DNA of 41,838 nucleotides. It comes from a virus (taxonomy: Duplodnaviria > Caudoviricetes). The translations under genes were made by a program, and so were the position numbers. Under the pieces are notes generated by a model. It saw only the letters and a program-made list of their open reading frames with translations, had not been told where the DNA came from and searched no databases. The stretch covers positions 1-41,838 of the IMG/VR virus record IMGVR_UViG_3300033565_000009; one strand, given 5' to 3'. This document shows, piece after piece, positions 24,369 to 35,100 of this stretch (its first letter is position 1; each line of letters begins with the position of its first letter).

Positions 24369-26799
24369 AATTAGTTTTCTTTGATGTTGGCAATGGTTTT
24401 AGTCCGTTGACTATATCCTTGAAATTCAGCTTTCCGATCCGGCCACCACTATCAACTGTATTTTCAGTAGTAAATCCTTTGTCTCCGAAAGTAAATTTGA
24501 TGCTTGTATTAACCCCGATCAAAGTTTTAGTGGCATCCGCTTCTAAGATCTCCGCTTCATCCCCTGGAATGAGTTGCGGCCGGAATGGCCCGATCAGCGT
24601 CTCGACTGCCCCTGAATTTGACATTGCCTCTGCGAGATCAGTTGCAATATCTGCCGCCTCAAGTGATGTGGTCCCGTCTAAGACTTGATGGTAATAAGTT
24701 TTCTTAGGCGGACTATTCCATCCGAGATTACTTGTGACCGGGCGCCATACCTTTACTAAAAAATCTGAAGTGTGAACACAAACGCGTCCATAAACACTGC
24801 GGTCATCTGTTACAATATCCCGAGAAAATATGTCCCGGTTCCTCTGGAACGTATATCGGCTGGGCCGAGTAAAATGACTGTCAGTTTTCTCGGCTATAAC
24901 TACTTTGCCGCTGACCTCCTCTCGGATTTGCCACCCAGGGAGATATTGAATAATTTCTTCAATGCCATCAAAAACACTTTTATTCGGTGCAAATTCCATT
25001 CCCATATACACTGTGCTGGGCTGTACATAATAGTCAGTCAGTCCAGCTGCATCCAATATTGATTTCAGCATATCTGAAACAAGCATATTGTCGAATTTGC
25101 AGGCTTCGTCAAAGGACTGGTCTTTCAGATATTTGCCGATTGAATTGCGACCGTCTACTTTCAGGGACGCAGTATTAACTTTATACTGGGTTTTATCCAC
25201 ATAAAACTTACCCATGGAGTACTCTTCAGAATCGCCAGCGCAAAAAACCAACTCAATAACCGACTGCGGCACATACGAAGGTAGTACTTCCTTCACGGGA
25301 ACGACAAGGTTTTCCCACTGCAGATAAGGATATCCATCATTTGCAGCAGAATTAATACTCCATACGGTGCTGAAATCCCACCCAGAGAAGGTGGACTGTT
25401 GCTTTAAATCAACCTCTGACTTAGACGTACCATAATAGGTGGTAGAACCAGTCACAGCATTGTAGTAAGAATTGATTACCCCTTCAGGCGACCCATAGAT
25501 ACCAGCTCCTATAAATTTACTGCCAGTTCCTAAAAAATTGCCGATAACATAACAATTAGATATATTTGCAAATTGAAATGCTACACAAATAAATTGTTCA
25601 TTAGGAGAATCGATTGATAAAATGCCATAACAATCTTCCATATTTCCGTAATTCGTTAAGCATAAGCAAATCCCGATATTATTTTCAGTGCTTTCAGAAT
25701 AAACAAATCCACGCAAACTACATTTTTTTATATAAGCATCATTGCGGTAGCAAATACCAACCATAGCTCCATCAGTTTTACCTTCTACATCGACAAGACA
25801 GTTTTCAACAACTGCATTTTCATAATCTGCGTTTCCGTTTTGTCCGGCAATTGTGACAATGGAACCACTTAAATTATTTTCACCCGTAACTCTGCAGTTT
25901 TGAATAGTACCTACTGAGCCCAGCGCAATTCCTGCGAACATTTGAGATGTATTATTGAATTCTGTTAAATTGATATTTGATAGCGTTCCTGTTACTTGTT
26001 TGAATAACAACCCGTTTAGACCGGATATATTATAATTATTCCCATTATAAGAACCGCTGAAGGGAATGTCATATTCATCACCATCAACGGCATTGATCTC
26101 AGTCCATCCGACATAACTGCTCATATCGATATTAGCCATCTGCATATAATTAGCATAAAGATCTTTTCGGACATTATATAGTTCTTCGGGTGTTCTTATT
26201 TCAATTACTATCGAGTCATCCGGCAAATCATTCACTTCATTTATGACATCTCCACCCGATGCTGACCAGGCTGAACCTGATTTATAAACATTCCAGTTAA
26301 CTTCATCTTCTACCCAATCACTTTTTGCGCATTTATAAACTTGAACGCTTTTCCCCGCTGGGGAAGCATTATAATAAGTTGAGCAATACAATCGCAATTT
26401 CGCTACAGCAACATGGCTTATTTCAGATAAAGAAAAAGATGCTATTGATCTGATAGTAGTCCCATCGGCAGATGTATTGCTAATCTTAAGACAATCTAAA
26501 TCACCTTGGTTAAAATTTGGATTGCCTTCAGCTATTGCTGAATCTTTTAAAACTTGAATTATGTTGCCACCATTTAATACAAGTTTTGGTTTACGATCCT
26601 CATCCTCATAAAGACCCTCTTTTGAGTAAAAATCCATAATTGAAGATGATGATTCGTTTTCTGTTTCAAATCTAATAATAAAATCAACGTTATCTAAACC
26701 TTCTCTTACGGCATCTTTGACATGATTAGTAACATCCCATTCCATCCATCCGAATACATAATCAGAAACAATCGCTTCTGCTACAACAGATACTGCCAC
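24367..26799 (-). CDS. Tail protein (DNRLRE-like domain, GLUG/beta-helix domain, C-terminal hub-like domain)
   Basis: AKLRLY..W.E..V.W motif, FYSKE..PKL, GLUG-like region ending GWDF..VW..YPYL, C-terminal GPFRPQL.PGD. Confidence 0.75.
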   Translation of the reverse strand: MAVSVVAEAIVSDYVFGWMEWDVTNHVKDAVREGLDNVDFIIRFETENESSSSIMDFYSKEGLYEDEDRKPKLVLNGGNIIQVLKDSAIAEGNPNFNQGDLDCLKISNTSADGTTIRSIASFSLSEISHVAVAKLRLYCSTYYNASPAGKSVQVYKCAKSDWVEDEVNWNVYKSGSAWSASGGDVINEVNDLPDDSIVIEIRTPEELYNVRKDLYANYMQMANIDMSSYVGWTEINAVDGDEYDIPFSGSYNGNNYNISGLNGLLFKQVTGTLSNINLTEFNNTSQMFAGIALGSVGTIQNCRVTGENNLSGSIVTIAGQNGNADYENAVVENCLVDVEGKTDGAMVGICYRNDAYIKKCSLRGFVYSESTENNIGICLCLTNYGNMEDCYGILSIDSPNEQFICVAFQFANISNCYVIGNFLGTGSKFIGAGIYGSPEGVINSYYNAVTGSTTYYGTSKSEVDLKQQSTFSGWDFSTVWSINSAANDGYPYLQWENLVVPVKEVLPSYVPQSVIELVFCAGDSEEYSMGKFYVDKTQYKVNTASLKVDGRNSIGKYLKDQSFDEACKFDNMLVSDMLKSILDAAGLTDYYVQPSTVYMGMEFAPNKSVFDGIEEIIQYLPGWQIREEVSGKVVIAEKTDSHFTRPSRYTFQRNRDIFSRDIVTDDRSVYGRVCVHTSDFLVKVWRPVTSNLGWNSPPKKTYYHQVLDGTTSLEAADIATDLAEAMSNSGAVETLIGPFRPQLIPGDEAEILEADATKTLIGVNTSIKFTFGDKGFTTENTVDSGGRIGKLNFKDIVNGLKPLPTSKKTN

Positions 26800-26803
26800 G
26801 CTA

Positions 26804-29032
26804 TCAGATCACCACCTCTTCATCGAATTCTACTGATACACTCACAATAGGACTGTCCAAAGACATCGTTATTGTCCCTGATCTTACCCGGTGCTTCTCG
26901 ACCGTGTCTTTGGTCAGCGACACTACCATTAGTCGGTGCTGCCCTTTTGATCTCCACACCAGGTAACCGTATTTGCCGAATATGCCTGCCCGAAAATTCG
27001 CCATCTGGGAATCAGAGGGCAGCGGTTTAGCAGATGTAAAAGCTACTGATTCCCAGCCACTGGATACATCTGCTTTCATCTGTACCAGGCTGCCCACATC
27101 ATTAATAGCCAACATAACTGCTTCATCATCAGGAGTTTGTACAACATCACCATAGGATCCCTTGGCAAGAGTCATCTCACTGTCAATTGTCATTGCGCTT
27201 ACATCGGTAAGCAAACACTTTACATAATCACCCTCAACCACAACGAATCCCAGCCGGCTGTCAGCCGTCCGGAACATATTGATAGTTACAGCCTCGCTGA
27301 CATTTTCAACCTGGACGGCAGCACCCCAACTGCTATCCAACTGACGATAAAACAATTCACCATTATTCAAATATGCAAAAGTCAGTCCCTGAGCCGCACG
27401 TATTAAGCTAATCGCAATTCCATAAGGTTCAGCGAAACATTTCAACTGCGGATATAGGTCGCCTTCCTCATCATCTATCACCCAGGTTGAGTCGAATCTT
27501 TTCCACGCTGTTGTCGCGCTTTCATAAGTATTCTGCAGAGATAATTCTGATGCCGTTGCCCCTGTCCCGCCGTACTGGGTACTAGCTGTGTTTGCATCGG
27601 AGTTATAGAAAATATCGGTCATAAAATACACTTCGCCCACCGGCTTGTCATAGTTGGCGTCAATCAGATTGTAATCTTCCCACTCAATATAGGATCCTCT
27701 AACGCCGATGATCGCCCCGGCGTTGCTTCCAGTAACTGAACCGGTGCAATAACACTGTTCAAGTTCAAAAGCGCCTGCCCAGATGAAGCCAATCAATCCG
27801 CCTACATGTCCGGATGATGCCGAAACATTCCCCCGCGCATAACAGCCAAACAGATTCGGAGTAGCATAATTACCGCCCAGATATGACCCAATCAAGCCTC
27901 CTGCGCGATATACAGCTGATATAGTCCCCAGCGCGTAGCATTCATGCAAGAAGTCTGCATCAGTGCATCCTACGATTCCGCCGACACCAGCATTAAATAC
28001 ATTAATAAGACCGGGGTATGTTCCACCGGTCCCGGTGATGTTACCTTCTGTCCGGCATTGCTCTATTTTCGGCCTGTACTGCGCTATGCCGGCAATGCCG
28101 CCAACTCGTTTCGTGCCGGTGACTGCTCCGGTTGTATCACAGACCATGATTCCGCAACGGTAGCCGTTTCCGACTATGCCGCCGACAACATCTCCGCCTA
28201 TAACATCTTCGGTAGTATTTGATTCATATACAGATATCTCAAATAGCTTACCAAATAGACCTCCTATGTTTTCACCTGATCCGGTGACTGCTGCCGCTGA
28301 TGCCAGGTTGTTTAATCTTGCAATCCAATCTTCAAAAACTGTATAATCTGAGCTGTCGCTTGATTGATTTATACCTGCAAATTCCGGCCCTTTTACCATG
28401 CCGAATATCCCGCCAATGTAATTGCGTCCAGATATTGTTCCGGCCACTGAACAGTGACTTACTAGCGTACCAACTGCCGGATCAGTCCAGGCATTTCCGG
28501 TAGATCCCAGCGTGGTTGCAATGTAGCCCGCTATTATACCGACATAATCCTGCCCTATCACGTTAGCTCCGGTAAATATTATGTCATGCAGGTTCGGTAG
28601 GTTGGCTGCAGTATTAAACTGACAATAGCCAAAAAGGCCCACATAATCAGTCGTAGGTCTGTTTATTACCAGGTTTGAAATTGTGAATCTGTTACCATTT
28701 AGCACTCCGGTAAATGGTGCTACAGAGGTTCCTATCGGCACCCAATTTGGGATGCTTGAGAGATCAATATTATCTACCAGGACATACTTTTTGGATAAAT
28801 CATTACGGATATTATTAAGGTCTGTTGCGCTGGCTATTGGCACACCTTCAACGATTTTGCCAGTGACACTGGATTGGGCGGTTATGTTGGCAGATATTTT
28901 TGCCACTTCATTAACTGTACCTGTGACGTTTGAACCCGCATCAATGCTCCCGGATACCTGACCAAGCAGGTTTGCATTACCTGTAACACTTGATACAGCA
29001 GATATTACTCCAGCAATATTTACTTCTGCCAT
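26804..29032 (-). CDS. Tail protein with GLUG-repeat beta-helix (adhesin-like)
   Basis: Repeated G.V.G...VGG..G units; W.PIG...PFTG..NGN. Confidence 0.75.
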   Translation of the reverse strand: MAEVNIAGVISAVSSVTGNANLLGQVSGSIDAGSNVTGTVNEVAKISANITAQSSVTGKIVEGVPIASATDLNNIRNDLSKKYVLVDNIDLSSIPNWVPIGTSVAPFTGVLNGNRFTISNLVINRPTTDYVGLFGYCQFNTAANLPNLHDIIFTGANVIGQDYVGIIAGYIATTLGSTGNAWTDPAVGTLVSHCSVAGTISGRNYIGGIFGMVKGPEFAGINQSSDSSDYTVFEDWIARLNNLASAAAVTGSGENIGGLFGKLFEISVYESNTTEDVIGGDVVGGIVGNGYRCGIMVCDTTGAVTGTKRVGGIAGIAQYRPKIEQCRTEGNITGTGGTYPGLINVFNAGVGGIVGCTDADFLHECYALGTISAVYRAGGLIGSYLGGNYATPNLFGCYARGNVSASSGHVGGLIGFIWAGAFELEQCYCTGSVTGSNAGAIIGVRGSYIEWEDYNLIDANYDKPVGEVYFMTDIFYNSDANTASTQYGGTGATASELSLQNTYESATTAWKRFDSTWVIDDEEGDLYPQLKCFAEPYGIAISLIRAAQGLTFAYLNNGELFYRQLDSSWGAAVQVENVSEAVTINMFRTADSRLGFVVVEGDYVKCLLTDVSAMTIDSEMTLAKGSYGDVVQTPDDEAVMLAINDVGSLVQMKADVSSGWESVAFTSAKPLPSDSQMANFRAGIFGKYGYLVWRSKGQHRLMVVSLTKDTVEKHRVRSGTITMSLDSPIVSVSVEFDEEVVI

Positions 29033-29044
29033 CTTTTACACCTC

Positions 29045-29449
29045 TTATGTTAATGTGATATCAAGTTCACCCACAGCAAAGTTTGGAGAGATACCAGTAG
29101 ATACAGTAAGTGGCGCTGTTAAAGCGCCATATGCTAAAATATTGCCGTTAGTGGAAGCATCTGCAATAAAGAAATCAGTAACTGTTCCCCAAGTATCTGC
29201 AGGTGCTGGAAATGTGATTGCCGCACCGTTGCTTTTCGCTCCACCAGATGCAGCCGGGAAGTTCGTCGCATTATTAGTCACTGCTACACGAGCGTAATTA
29301 TTGCCGCTGGGCTCAGTTATATTACCGCCGGCATCTGTAATGGTTGTAGTTGATAATCCAACATACAGCGTTTCTGGCCGTGCGTAGTCAGCTCCACCAA
29401 ATACATGATCCAGTATTTCATTCTCTAAGTAATCTGCAAAAGATCCCAT
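29045..29449 (-). CDS. Minor tail/structural protein
   Basis: F..YLEN..L.H......LYVGL..YARV.V..ITF....WGT.T..DA...GN.L motif; SD GGGAGG. Confidence 0.75.
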   Translation of the reverse strand: MGSFADYLENEILDHVFGGADYARPETLYVGLSTTTITDAGGNITEPSGNNYARVAVTNNATNFPAASGGAKSNGAAITFPAPADTWGTVTDFFIADASTNGNILAYGALTAPLTVSTGISPNFAVGELDITLT

Positions 29450-29463
29450 TTCATAAAACCTCC

Positions 29464-29970
29464 CTATGTTCTCGCTACTTGTAGCAGTTCTGTAGCTGCC
29501 GGCTGACTGCCAGTGCCATCCCACTGAATGACATAACTCGTATCATACCCGGTGGTTCGTTCCAGCCATGCGATAAAAGGCGCTCCGCTGGTCTGCAATT
29601 GGCCGTCCGTTAGAGAACCGTCAAATTCGATGGAAATATATTTTACCCTGGCATTTGTGCCAACTGTGGCCAGCGTGAATGTTCTTGTCGGTGTCGTAAA
29701 GTCCATGTCCTCAGAATAGGTATAGACCTTAATAACCGCTTGATGGTTGATAACCTCTGCAATCCATACCTCATTGGGATCAGCGGCAAGGTCTGTCCAC
29801 TTAATAGCTAAGTCTATAGCCCCTAATAAAGTGCCTGACGCAATAGTATAAACCTGCAGGTCGCTTACCACCTTAGTAATTTTCACGTACATCTGCGGAT
29901 TCGCATTATTAAATATACCTTGATTGAGTGCCTGTATCTTTGCCAATAGCGAAGGTGATATAGTCCTCAT
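29464..29970 (-). CDS. Minor tail protein
   Basis: Position downstream of the tape measure gene; coupled ATGA overlap. Confidence 0.65.
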   Translation of the reverse strand: MRTISPSLLAKIQALNQGIFNNANPQMYVKITKVVSDLQVYTIASGTLLGAIDLAIKWTDLAADPNEVWIAEVINHQAVIKVYTYSEDMDFTTPTRTFTLATVGTNARVKYISIEFDGSLTDGQLQTSGAPFIAWLERTTGYDTSYVIQWDGTGSQPAATELLQVART

Positions 29971-30317
29971 GAGATAGGGCCCTCCTCAGATACGAGCAGC
30001 ATAATAGTAGCTGAATAATTTCCCCGGGTTATACGACGCCATTTAGGTGCGGATTCAATCGTTCCAATGTAATATGTCTGGCCATCTTCTAGTCGGACGG
30101 TTCCACCGGTGCTTTCAAGTAAATTAATGGTATTTCTTCCGGCAGCATCGACAAAAGTTTCAACACTGACTATCCGGGCACCAGTCCCGATAATCTGTGT
30201 GTGAAAAGCCCCAGAAAGTAATTGTTTTGTTACTTTATTTGTTTTATACCCAGGGATAATTTCAGCAAGGCGAGAAGTTATTAAGGTACTATCCGACTTC
30301 TTTAAAGCAACCGCCAT
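29967..30317 (-). CDS. Minor tail protein (distal tail-like)
   Basis: First gene after the tape measure gene; TAATG coupling. Confidence 0.65.
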   Translation of the reverse strand: MAVALKKSDSTLITSRLAEIIPGYKTNKVTKQLLSGAFHTQIIGTGARIVSVETFVDAAGRNTINLLESTGGTVRLEDGQTYYIGTIESAPKWRRITRGNYSATIMLLVSEEGPIS

Positions 30318-32422
30318 TAACCTCTCACCTCCTGGATAATTTTATCCAGGAGATCATCCCAGATAAGATCAACCGATGCTATCAGCTCATCTTTGTTATT
30401 GACACCTTCGATAGTTATCCTGCCGGTATGTTCTATTTTCTGTTTGACACTGTCGGCAGTTAATTTTTCAGTGTCAAATTCTTTCAGCTCATCAATATCA
30501 AGGCTGAATTCTTTTCCGCCCCATTTGCCTCCTACCCAATCAGGTACTTTAAATTTTATTGAGTTAAGGGCTTTTATCATATTATTGATACCGTCAATAA
30601 TGCCATTGATAAACTCCAGTATCCCAATATATATACCCGACCATATATCAATTAAGAAGAATTTAAACTGATCCCATTTATCCAGTATGAGATTAGCAAA
30701 ATCAATGACTGCCGTATAAATAACAGTTATATAGTTTCGGAATGTCCCAAATACTGACTCCCAAAGCGTTGTCCATGTATCAACGATACCATCCTTCAGG
30801 GCCTTAAAAACCTTGCCTATGTTGTCTCCAAAATCAGAAAACGCTTTTTTAATTGCAGCTATACCTTCAGTAAAGCCTGTTGCGAGATCATTCCATAGTC
30901 TTTTTATAGTTGCAATATTTTGTTGAAAACCAATTATAAAAACTGTCTTTAGGAAATTCAACAATTCCGACAACTTGGTTGCAAAGTTGATAATATCATC
31001 GCCCCAGAGCTTCATGATCGTATCGCCAATAAATAATCCGGCAGCAAAGGCAGCTATTAATGCGATTACTGGTAACAGAACCGCCCCAATTCCTGCGATA
31101 GCTGCGGATAGTCCTCCGGCTGCTCCCGCTGCTGCAGCTCCTTCTGCGGCCACTGCCCCTCCTGCAGCTGCAGCTCCACCTCCGCCAAAGGCAGTGGCAA
31201 GCAAAGAAACACCGATTGCCAGCTGGCTGAATGCAAACAGTAGCGGCCCGATAGCAGCAAGTATCAGAGCGGACTTAGTGATAAAGTCTTGTGTTCCTTC
31301 CGGCAGCTTATTGAAGGCTTCTACAACCCCGATTACAGCTTCTTTGATTTCCGTCAAGATAGGTACAAGTTCTTTACCTAAGTCGGCCATAGCCTGTTGG
31401 TATTCGTATGTTGCCTCTGAGCTTTTGACTAGTTCTTCATTGTTCTTGCGGTATTGTTCATATACATTGGCCAATCCTTCTTTGGCCAGAACATCTAATA
31501 TATACTGGTTTTGGGTTCCGTTTTTGATTGCACTTTTTAGACCTTCATTGAATGTGGTCAAGCTTATCCCTGATCTATCCAGCAGTTCAGCAAATGGGCC
31601 AATAGCTGCACCAGTAGCAAGCGTTTCCTGAAGGCCGTCAGCTATCCCCTCAAACTTGAGAGTATCTTTGAATTTAAGTGAAGCTCCAGCTAGTTGATCC
31701 ACTAAAGCAGTTAATTGCTCACCCTTAAAGCCGGCAGCCAGGATGTTTGAAAGGCCCTCTACGTTGGAGTCAAGTTCACCTGTGACGGCCTGCATCTTCC
31801 GCATAGCTGCATGGACTTCTTCCATACCCTGCCCCGCCATTTTCGCATTCGTTTCCAGCTTGGCCAGTTCTGTCCGAAATTCTTCAGTACCTTCTGTAGC
31901 CAGCGCTATTCCAGCCACGATAGGAGCGGTAACCCCTACAGACATTGTTTCGCCAACATCTTTTAATTTATTGCCCACTTTTTCGGCATTATCGCCAAGA
32001 TCATTTAGTTTACTACCGGCCTTATCAACATCGCTACCCATTTCAATTGATGCTTGGCCAACCTCACTAAGATTTTTTTCCAGCTTCTTAAGTTCCTGTT
32101 CGGTCTTAATAATCTCACGTTGGAATGCCCGATATTGGCCTTCATTTATTTCGCCTTTTTTAAACTGCTCATTGATCTGCTCCTGGGCAGTTTTGAGTCG
32201 ATCAAGTTTATCTTTAGTATTTTCAACCGATTCGGCAAGCAGTTTCTGCTTCTGGGCAAGCAGTTCTGTGCTGGTCGGGTCAAGTTTCAGCAGTTTCTCA
32301 ACTCGTGATAGCTCGCTCTGCAGATCACGGCTCTTTTTATTTACGTCTGATAAAGCCGTTTGAAGACTAGTGGTCTCGCCGCCGATTTCCAAATTAAGTC
32401 CTTTTATTGTTTCTACCGCCAC
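30317..32422 (-). CDS. Tape measure protein
   Basis: IKG....IGG.T..L..AL start, LLKLDP...LL.QKQ, long helical Ala/Gly-rich body. Confidence 0.92.
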   Translation of the reverse strand: MAVETIKGLNLEIGGETTSLQTALSDVNKKSRDLQSELSRVEKLLKLDPTSTELLAQKQKLLAESVENTKDKLDRLKTAQEQINEQFKKGEINEGQYRAFQREIIKTEQELKKLEKNLSEVGQASIEMGSDVDKAGSKLNDLGDNAEKVGNKLKDVGETMSVGVTAPIVAGIALATEGTEEFRTELAKLETNAKMAGQGMEEVHAAMRKMQAVTGELDSNVEGLSNILAAGFKGEQLTALVDQLAGASLKFKDTLKFEGIADGLQETLATGAAIGPFAELLDRSGISLTTFNEGLKSAIKNGTQNQYILDVLAKEGLANVYEQYRKNNEELVKSSEATYEYQQAMADLGKELVPILTEIKEAVIGVVEAFNKLPEGTQDFITKSALILAAIGPLLFAFSQLAIGVSLLATAFGGGGAAAAGGAVAAEGAAAAGAAGGLSAAIAGIGAVLLPVIALIAAFAAGLFIGDTIMKLWGDDIINFATKLSELLNFLKTVFIIGFQQNIATIKRLWNDLATGFTEGIAAIKKAFSDFGDNIGKVFKALKDGIVDTWTTLWESVFGTFRNYITVIYTAVIDFANLILDKWDQFKFFLIDIWSGIYIGILEFINGIIDGINNMIKALNSIKFKVPDWVGGKWGGKEFSLDIDELKEFDTEKLTADSVKQKIEHTGRITIEGVNNKDELIASVDLIWDDLLDKIIQEVRG

Positions 32423-32434
32423 AATACCACCGCC

Positions 32435-32660
32435 TTACGCCAGTAATCGATCAATATCCGACTGTGCAACCTTTTTAACCTTCTTGTCTTTCACGTTGAA
32501 AAACATCTTAATAAATGTAAGCAGTTCACCGATGCTGAATTCATTCACTTCCCATAATGACAACCCTGCCTGTTTGGCTCGAGCCAGAAGTATTATTTCT
32601 GTATTCTCTACAGGTTCATAGTTTCCAGTACCTTTAGGTGCGTTTGGTAGCCCGGCGAAA
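32435..32660 (-). CDS. Tail assembly chaperone, frameshifted C-terminal part (GT-like)
   Basis: Overlaps the chaperone end in the +1 frame; ends with the typical Q.DID motif. Confidence 0.7.
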
Positions 32661-32978
32661 AAAGCCGTCGCGGGCTTCCTCCAAAAGCGCTGCAAATAAG
32701 TCTGGATCGGTAACATCAACACCTTCGAGAGTCATAATCCAGTTTTCAAAAGACGGAAAATCTTCACCTGATTTAGAGCTCAAAGAATCAGCTTTAGCCA
32801 TGGCCCAGGTAATCTGCAACAGAGTGACTGAATCAAATTCGCTCATGTCCTTGGACACTTTTTCAAGAGATGTTAGGTCGCCGATCAGGTCGCGTTTGAA
32901 TTCTTTTTTATAAAAGAAAAGGGCCGGGGCTGTCGCCCTGACCCGAATTTCTTTATCACTGATCTTTATTTCTCTCAT
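32634..32978 (-). CDS. Tail assembly chaperone (G-like)
   Basis: Between the major tail and tape measure genes; YK.EF..D...WAMAK..P.F..W motif. Confidence 0.8.
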   Translation of the reverse strand: MREIKISDKEIRVRATAPALFFYKKEFKRDLIGDLTSLEKVSKDMSEFDSVTLLQITWAMAKADSLSSKSGEDFPSFENWIMTLEGVDVTDPDLFAALLEEARDGFFRRATKRT

Positions 32979-32986
32979 GGTCCCTC

Positions 32987-33895
32987 CTATGCTGCCACCG
33001 GCACGTAAACAGAGTTGAAGAAACTGTTATATGCCGTAGCGTTGGTGTCGCTCAGTTCCAACACGCTCTTGACAACAGACTTGGTTTCTCCCCCAATCTC
33101 AAGATCCATCGGGGAAATAATGAAGCTGAGAACATCATCTGCAGCTTCTAGCTTCTCATTCTTGGTGGCATGTTCTTTTTCCGGACGGCTGACCTGGGTG
33201 TCATAGTAAACAAATCGCCGGTTTTTAGAATCGCCTTGAACCTGCCCCATCAATGCAAAATGTTTCGGGATCGCATCCGCCACTTCAATTAAAGCCCCAT
33301 TGGAATCGATATCCCAACCCAGCATTTCAGCCAGTATAGTATCCGGTACCAGGACCATGGTTAAATCTCCGGTATATCCGTTATTGGATGTGATCACAAA
33401 ATAAGGCCCGTTGTCGGCGTATTTGGTAGATGACTCACCCTCTGGTTTCGGTGCAAAACTTACCGCCCCGGGAATTGCAACCGGGGTACCCCAACCAGTT
33501 GTACCTGCAGTTACATTCGTGCTTGATCCAACAGTTACCCCAGTAGAACCAGGTGTAAAAGCTATAGACAGGGTGGCATCATTGGCGGCAGCTACTTTTG
33601 CAATGAGCTTTATGGTTGCACCCAATGTTACAGCCCGGAAAGCAGCGCTGATTGCAGAATTATTATTCAAAACATTGGCAACCGCACTTGCTACTTTAGC
33701 GGCAGTACTATGGCTTTCAGTACTCAAAGGGACAATAGCCGATACAGGTGACCCAGTGACCGCCGCAGAAGTAACCTGCACAGTAATTTCCCCGTCAGTG
33801 CCGCATCCGGTAAGCACCTCTATACTTTCTACCTGGGCAACGCCCTGAAAAGCAATATAGACTTGTTCAAGTCCGTAAGTTACTTTGTTACCCAT
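32987..33895 (-). CDS. Major tail protein (phi13 family) with an inserted domain
   Basis: NKV.YGL..V, P..IPGAV, YADN..Y, GY.G.L. Confidence 0.9.
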   Translation of the reverse strand: MGNKVTYGLEQVYIAFQGVAQVESIEVLTGCGTDGEITVQVTSAAVTGSPVSAIVPLSTESHSTAAKVASAVANVLNNNSAISAAFRAVTLGATIKLIAKVAAANDATLSIAFTPGSTGVTVGSSTNVTAGTTGWGTPVAIPGAVSFAPKPEGESSTKYADNGPYFVITSNNGYTGDLTMVLVPDTILAEMLGWDIDSNGALIEVADAIPKHFALMGQVQGDSKNRRFVYYDTQVSRPEKEHATKNEKLEAADDVLSFIISPMDLEIGGETKSVVKSVLELSDTNATAYNSFFNSVYVPVAA

Positions 33896-33896
33896 A

Positions 33897-34328
33897 TTAT
33901 TTTCCTCCTTTGATTTCAGCTACAATCGCTGCAGCCATCTCATCTATGCTGTTCTGGAACACTTGTTTAATGAATGGATTCCCTCTTTTGGTTGAATACT
34001 CAAATATGTTTGCCAGGGCAATTCTCTCTCCCGATTTATTCGTTACGGTTTTTGCATTGCCCACATATCGGACCATTTTATATTTCCTTCCTGTACCTTT
34101 CCATGACTTTGCAAACTCACCGCTTTTCACTGGACTGGCAGCCGCCAAATTTTTGATTAACACTTTTTCGGCAGCATCAAGCCCTTCTTCGGTCGCTTCG
34201 TAAACCGTATCACCGTATTCCTGTAAGATGCTCATGATCGCATCTTCAAGTCCGTCAACTCTTACGCTGGTAAAGTTTTCATGTCTTCCAAGAGCGCGTC
34301 CTCTGGCTCTGGATTCTCTTCTTCCCAT
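33897..34328 (-). CDS. HK97 gp10-like neck/tail completion protein
   Basis: SP..SG....W and EY...PF motifs; position in the neck cluster. Confidence 0.7.
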   Translation of the reverse strand: MGRRESRARGRALGRHENFTSVRVDGLEDAIMSILQEYGDTVYEATEEGLDAAEKVLIKNLAAASPVKSGEFAKSWKGTGRKYKMVRYVGNAKTVTNKSGERIALANIFEYSTKRGNPFIKQVFQNSIDEMAAAIVAEIKGGK

Positions 34329-34702
34329 TAAACCGTCCTCCAGTATTCGCATTCCCAAACAGTTACATAGAAGCCAATATCATCAACATCTCCTGCATCA
34401 ACTTTACCAAAAGGGAATCCAAAGCCGGCGGCTTTTAACGCTGTTTCAATTGCATCTTCACGGGTTTGAATAGCTTGTCTTCCCGTATGGGTATCAAGTT
34501 TATCAGCCCTGTAATAATATCTGACGGTAACACTGGCAGCCTTTACAACAGGAACATTATCGGCGAAGTGCATGGTTTCATCCCCACCCAGAGAAAATAT
34601 AATGTATTCGTCAACATCGGGTCCTGACTTGCGCTGCCAGTGTGTCAGCACATTCGGGTACAGGGATGCATCAAGGGCAGTTTGCACCAATGCTCTGATC
34701 AT
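34328..34702 (-). CDS. Tail terminator-like protein
   Basis: YI.F..ADN..AGF pattern; position in the neck cluster. Confidence 0.65.
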   Translation of the reverse strand: MIRALVQTALDASLYPNVLTHWQRKSGPDVDEYIIFSLGGDETMHFADNVPVVKAASVTVRYYYRADKLDTHTGRQAIQTREDAIETALKAAGFGFPFGKVDAGDVDDIGFYVTVWECEYWRTV

Positions 34703-35100
34703 AAACCCTCGTACCTCCTTACCCGGAATTCCATGTACTGGTTTTCCTCTTTCACATTGTCAACGCCGCCCCAGAGTTCGTATACATTTGGGTTATTCTT
34801 GTCCGGAACGCCAGATGCAATGGCTGCAGGATCTGCGTTTTTAATCACTACAACCTGCGTGGCACGAAGTTTTTCATAAACAGTCGGGTTATAAAATGTC
34901 CGCACAGTTGCGGAGTCTTTCACGCCAAGAGCCTGAGCCGACATTGCCCGGTCGCCAAAGCTTCCCTGCCATTCGCAAAAGAAGGTGCTGTAAGATCCGC
35001 TTGCAACCAGTAACCAGGTGGCTGCTTCCCCTTGCCCCTTGACATAGGTAACAGTCTTTGCATAAAAATTAACCGGTGTGTTTGGATTAAACTTAAGCAC
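34699..35100 (-). CDS. Head closure / head-tail adaptor
   Basis: DNV.E.N.YME..V C-terminus; GTG start overlapping the connector stop. Confidence 0.7.
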   Translation of the reverse strand: MLKFNPNTPVNFYAKTVTYVKGQGEAATWLLVASGSYSTFFCEWQGSFGDRAMSAQALGVKDSATVRTFYNPTVYEKLRATQVVVIKNADPAAIASGVPDKNNPNVYELWGGVDNVKEENQYMEFRVRRYEGL

